Source: Octopus bimaculoides
Taxonomy: Eukaryota
Length of the DNA: 64,000 bases
NCBI RefSeq assembly: GCF_001194135.2
Contig: NC_068986.1
Location: 44,430,213-44,494,212, forward strand
Direction of reading: 5' to 3'
This document shows, in pieces, positions 60,893 through 64,000 of the stretch. Positions within the stretch are counted from its first letter, which is position 1; every line of letters begins with the position of its first letter. Position numbers and translations under genes: made by a program. The notes under the pieces are model-generated. The model had not been told where the DNA came from. It saw nothing but the letters and a program-made list of their open reading frames with translations, and searched no databases.

Positions 60893-63056
60893 TATATTCA
60901 CTCATTATTTCATTATGTATATATTTGACTTAAGACTGTTTTCTTTTTTATCTCATCACAATTTTGTATTTTATTAAATTTCTCTTAAGTAGACACAAGT
61001 CAACTGCAGTTTTTGTTATTGTTTTGAATCAGTATATTACTAGTGACATGAAAATGGTACTCAGTACACACTATAAAGTGATTTGCATTAGGAAGGGCAT
61101 ACAACTATAGAAACCATGCTGAAGCTGATGTTGGAGCTGAATGCAGCCCTGTGGCTTGCCAGATCCTGTCAAACCATCCAACCCATGACAGCATGGAAAA
61201 CAAATATTTAATGATGATGATGATGATGATGATGATTCTGTGGATGTAAATGATTAAAAACAGCCCTGTTGGAATTTGAACTAAAAAAAAAAATCAAATA
61301 CTAAACAAGATCCAGCAAAGAATTCTGTTCTGTGGCCTGTTGTTTACCCTGACATATATTTTGTAATTTTCATTATCAAATATCATCAATAATATCATGA
61401 GGTAGTGAGTAGGATACATCAAACTAGACTAAAATATTTATGGTATGCTTGAGTTGATTTCAGTTTCCCTCTGAGTAGTCAACTTGTTAACTACTAGTGT
61501 CTTGATTGATGCAGGACATCCTCCTCCCCCATCTCCTTTCTCCTCCCCCATCTCCCTCTTCCTCCCCTCTCCATCTCCTACCCCCTCATTTTATGTCTGT
61601 TTTCCATGCTAGCACAGGTTATATGATAAAAGCAGATGGCTTCAAAGTGTGTGTCGAATGGGTTTTCCCAAGTAAACTCTGAGATGATGAACTTTACCAC
61701 CACTATCAGCTGTGTCCATGCACCATATTGTACATTTCCAATGTACAAAGAGTAACTTTGGGACTTAATGAAAGGAAAGCTTTATATTACTCAGAATGTA
61801 TGAATCAAGGGTTAGCTAAAAGTCTGAAAACAAGCATGGGCATTTAGGATGAACTTATGAAAATGCTTTGGACAGGCAAAGGGTTAACACACAGAGGAAG
61901 AACTTAAATTGCATTACTGCAGCACATCTGTATGACTTTTGCTGCTCTATAATGCAGTTATGTGGTGAATGACAGGAACTCTGATGGAAAAGATGGATTC
62001 TTAACATTGCAAACAGTTAGGCCACATTTTTAGCATTAGATAACCAGCAACCCATGTCTCTATAGAAGGTGTGGTGGAAGACACTTAGACCTTGTGATTG
62101 TGGAGTTTTGCTCTCTGTTTGGGTTTCGTCAAAATGGACTCTGCAGAACTCCTCTGAACATAAATGTGACTTCGAGACAGCTGAACATGGAATATTTTGT
62201 GTTTGTTCATGTTCTTGTTTGATAGCAGATCACCATTATAACATAGCTGTCAGTTTTCATTTTTTAAATATTTTGACAACTTGACTGTGGTTAAGAGGTT
62301 TGCTTCACAATCCCAAGAAGTGCATTGTATGTCTGTATATGTGTTTGTGACTCCTTGTTTTGACATTGTATCATAGTTGTAAATGAGCATCACCATCATA
62401 CAAGCAATGTTGTTTATTTTTAATCTTCCACAAAAATGTGTCCAACTCAGAGAAGAAGCCCTTCCTAACATCAACCGCTTTACAGACTGTACTGGGTGCT
62501 TTTTATGTGGCAACAGCAGCAGTGAGATCACCAGGCAGCTTGCAGGACAAGATCTCTTCAAATGGGAAGAGTAGTATTGAAGAACAGGAAAGTGTCTTGC
62601 ATTAGAAGAGAGGCAAGGCTACCTCAGATGGAGAAGGGAGAAGAAAGAAAGATGGTGAAGATGTGATAGAGGGGGAAGGAGCCATACACCCAAGTTGCAG
62701 GGTGATGTATATTGTGTAAATAATACAAGTTGATTGATACTGTACTGTATGAGGTACTAGTCTTTGTAAGGTAGCAGTAAATTAGTCTGGTGACCATGAA
62801 AGTTGCAAATTCCTGCTAAATTAGTACAGATTAGAAGTTATCTGAAAAATTGGTGTTGTATCTTGTATGTGTATATATAAACAAGGGAATGCTGAGTTAT
62901 TTTATAGGGCTTAGGAAAAATGAAGGACCACTGCAATAAGTGTGTAAATCTGAGAGGGGAATATGTTGAATAAAATCATAATTAACTGATCCTCCTGTAT
63001 TTTCTTTTACTCAAAGCTAGGAACTTTTCAGCACTCCCTCATTTCTATATAAAACA

Positions 63057-63062
<6 letters not shown>

Positions 63063-63098
<36 letters not shown>
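63063..63098. repeat. (TA)n microsatellite
   Basis: Direct reading. Confidence 0.95.
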
Positions 63099-63104
<6 letters not shown>

Positions 63105-63139
63105 ATCAAATATACATTACATCTTGTATTATATATTTT

Positions 63140-63365
63140 GCTGCTTTTACGACGGCAAGCCAGCAGAATCGTTAGCATGCTGGGCAAAATGCTTAGTGGC
63201 ATTTCGTCTATCTATACATTCCAAGTTCAAATTCCATAAAGATCGAATTTGTCTTTCATCTTTTCAGGGTCAATGGAATAAGTACCAGTTGAACACTAGG
63301 GTCAATGTAATTGACTTACTCACTTTCCCTGAAATTGCTGGCCTTGTACCAAAATTTGAAACCTA
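63140..63365 (+). mobile_element. tRNA-derived SINE
   Basis: gacggcaagccagcagaatcgttagcatgctgggc...caagttcaaattcc...ccaaaatttgaaacc. Confidence 0.85.
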
Positions 63366-63562
63366 TACATATTTGGCTGTTTTGATCTCATTTAACTATG
63401 ACAAGGTCATAGAACAAAACTTTGAAATAAATGGTCATACTTTTGTTTATGTAATATAATGAGTTACTTCATTTTTATTAAGAGGTATCTTATTTTCAGC
63501 AGTGATAGCTAAATAAGTTAACTGTTTTTAATAAAGCTATTGGAAAAGGAAAACAGTATTCT

Positions 63563-63597
<35 letters not shown>

Positions 63598-63605
63598 TAT
63601 ATTAT

Positions 63606-64000
63606 AATGAAATAAGAGAACTAGACGAAAGCCAACCATATAAGTATTTAGGAGTCAATGAACTAGATAGGAATAGGATACAACATACACAAATGAAAGA
63701 AAAAATAAAGAAAGAGTACTATAGACGAGTTAGATCAATACTAAAAACAGAGCTCAATGCTAAAAACAAGATAATGGGTATCAACACTTTAGCTGTCCCA
63801 GTTATAAGCTACAGCTACAACATCCTTAACTGGACACTAAACGAACTATGTAAAATAGACAGGAAAACAAGAAAAATAATGACAGGATATAGGATGCACC
63901 ACCCAAAATCTGACATAGAAAGGCTATATATACAACGCACAGAAGGTGGCAGGGGTCTTATACAGCTAGAAAACTATTATAAAATAACCACCATAGGACT
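63606..64000 (+). mobile_element. 5'-truncated Dong/R4-like non-LTR retrotransposon, RT C-terminal region, open to the window end
   Basis: YKYLGV...KEYYRRVRSILKTELNAKNK...INTLAVPVISYS...DRKTRKIMT...HHPKSDIERLY...EGGRGLIQLE with no stop in ~131 codons; begins directly after (AAT)n at 63565-63600. Confidence 0.85.

Noticed and set aside
62020-62230. ~70-codon stop-free minus-strand frame (AIKQEHEQTQNIPC...)
   Set aside because: Bounded by an upstream in-frame stop, no compatible acceptor and no recognisable homology
35540-64000. Hypothesis that the Dong/R4-like element mobilises the (ATT)n-flanked SINEs
   Set aside because: The SINE sense strand is flanked by (ATT)n while the Dong-like sense strand is flanked by (AAT)n, i.e. 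opposite orientation on the target; the LINE 3' end is outside the window, so tail sharing cannot be tested

Overview
AT-rich, repeat-dense animal genomic DNA with five N-gaps. An octopus is my inference from the SINE/RTE repertoire; I have not verified it. Two spliced host genes are divergently oriented. (1) RPL36 on the minus strand: 114 aa from 3 coding exons, plus a probable non-coding first exon with a TCT/TOP-like start and a YY1 site. (2) A 10-exon, 775-aa plus-strand gene (ATG 30846 to TGA 58464) assembled by hand with phase-consistent GT-AG junctions. It has a ~600-aa Ser/Lys-rich disordered N-terminus and a C-terminus that resembles the kinetochore protein CENP-U (comparison from memory). 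The rest is transposon debris: Penelope, RTE, RTE-X, CR1-like, HERO-like and Dong/R4-like retroelements, a Gypsy gag relic, mariner, Tigger/pogo, piggyBac and hAT elements/MITEs, tRNA-derived SINEs, and mini/microsatellites. The most interesting unannotated signal is three hammerhead-ribozyme folds (1443-1531 +, 13080-13187 +, 36314-36349 -) in Penelope-LTR-like AT-rich DNA. The first two share an unusual long-stem-II architecture but have entirely different, yet still paired, helices. No CRISPR array, rRNA or true tRNA gene was found.
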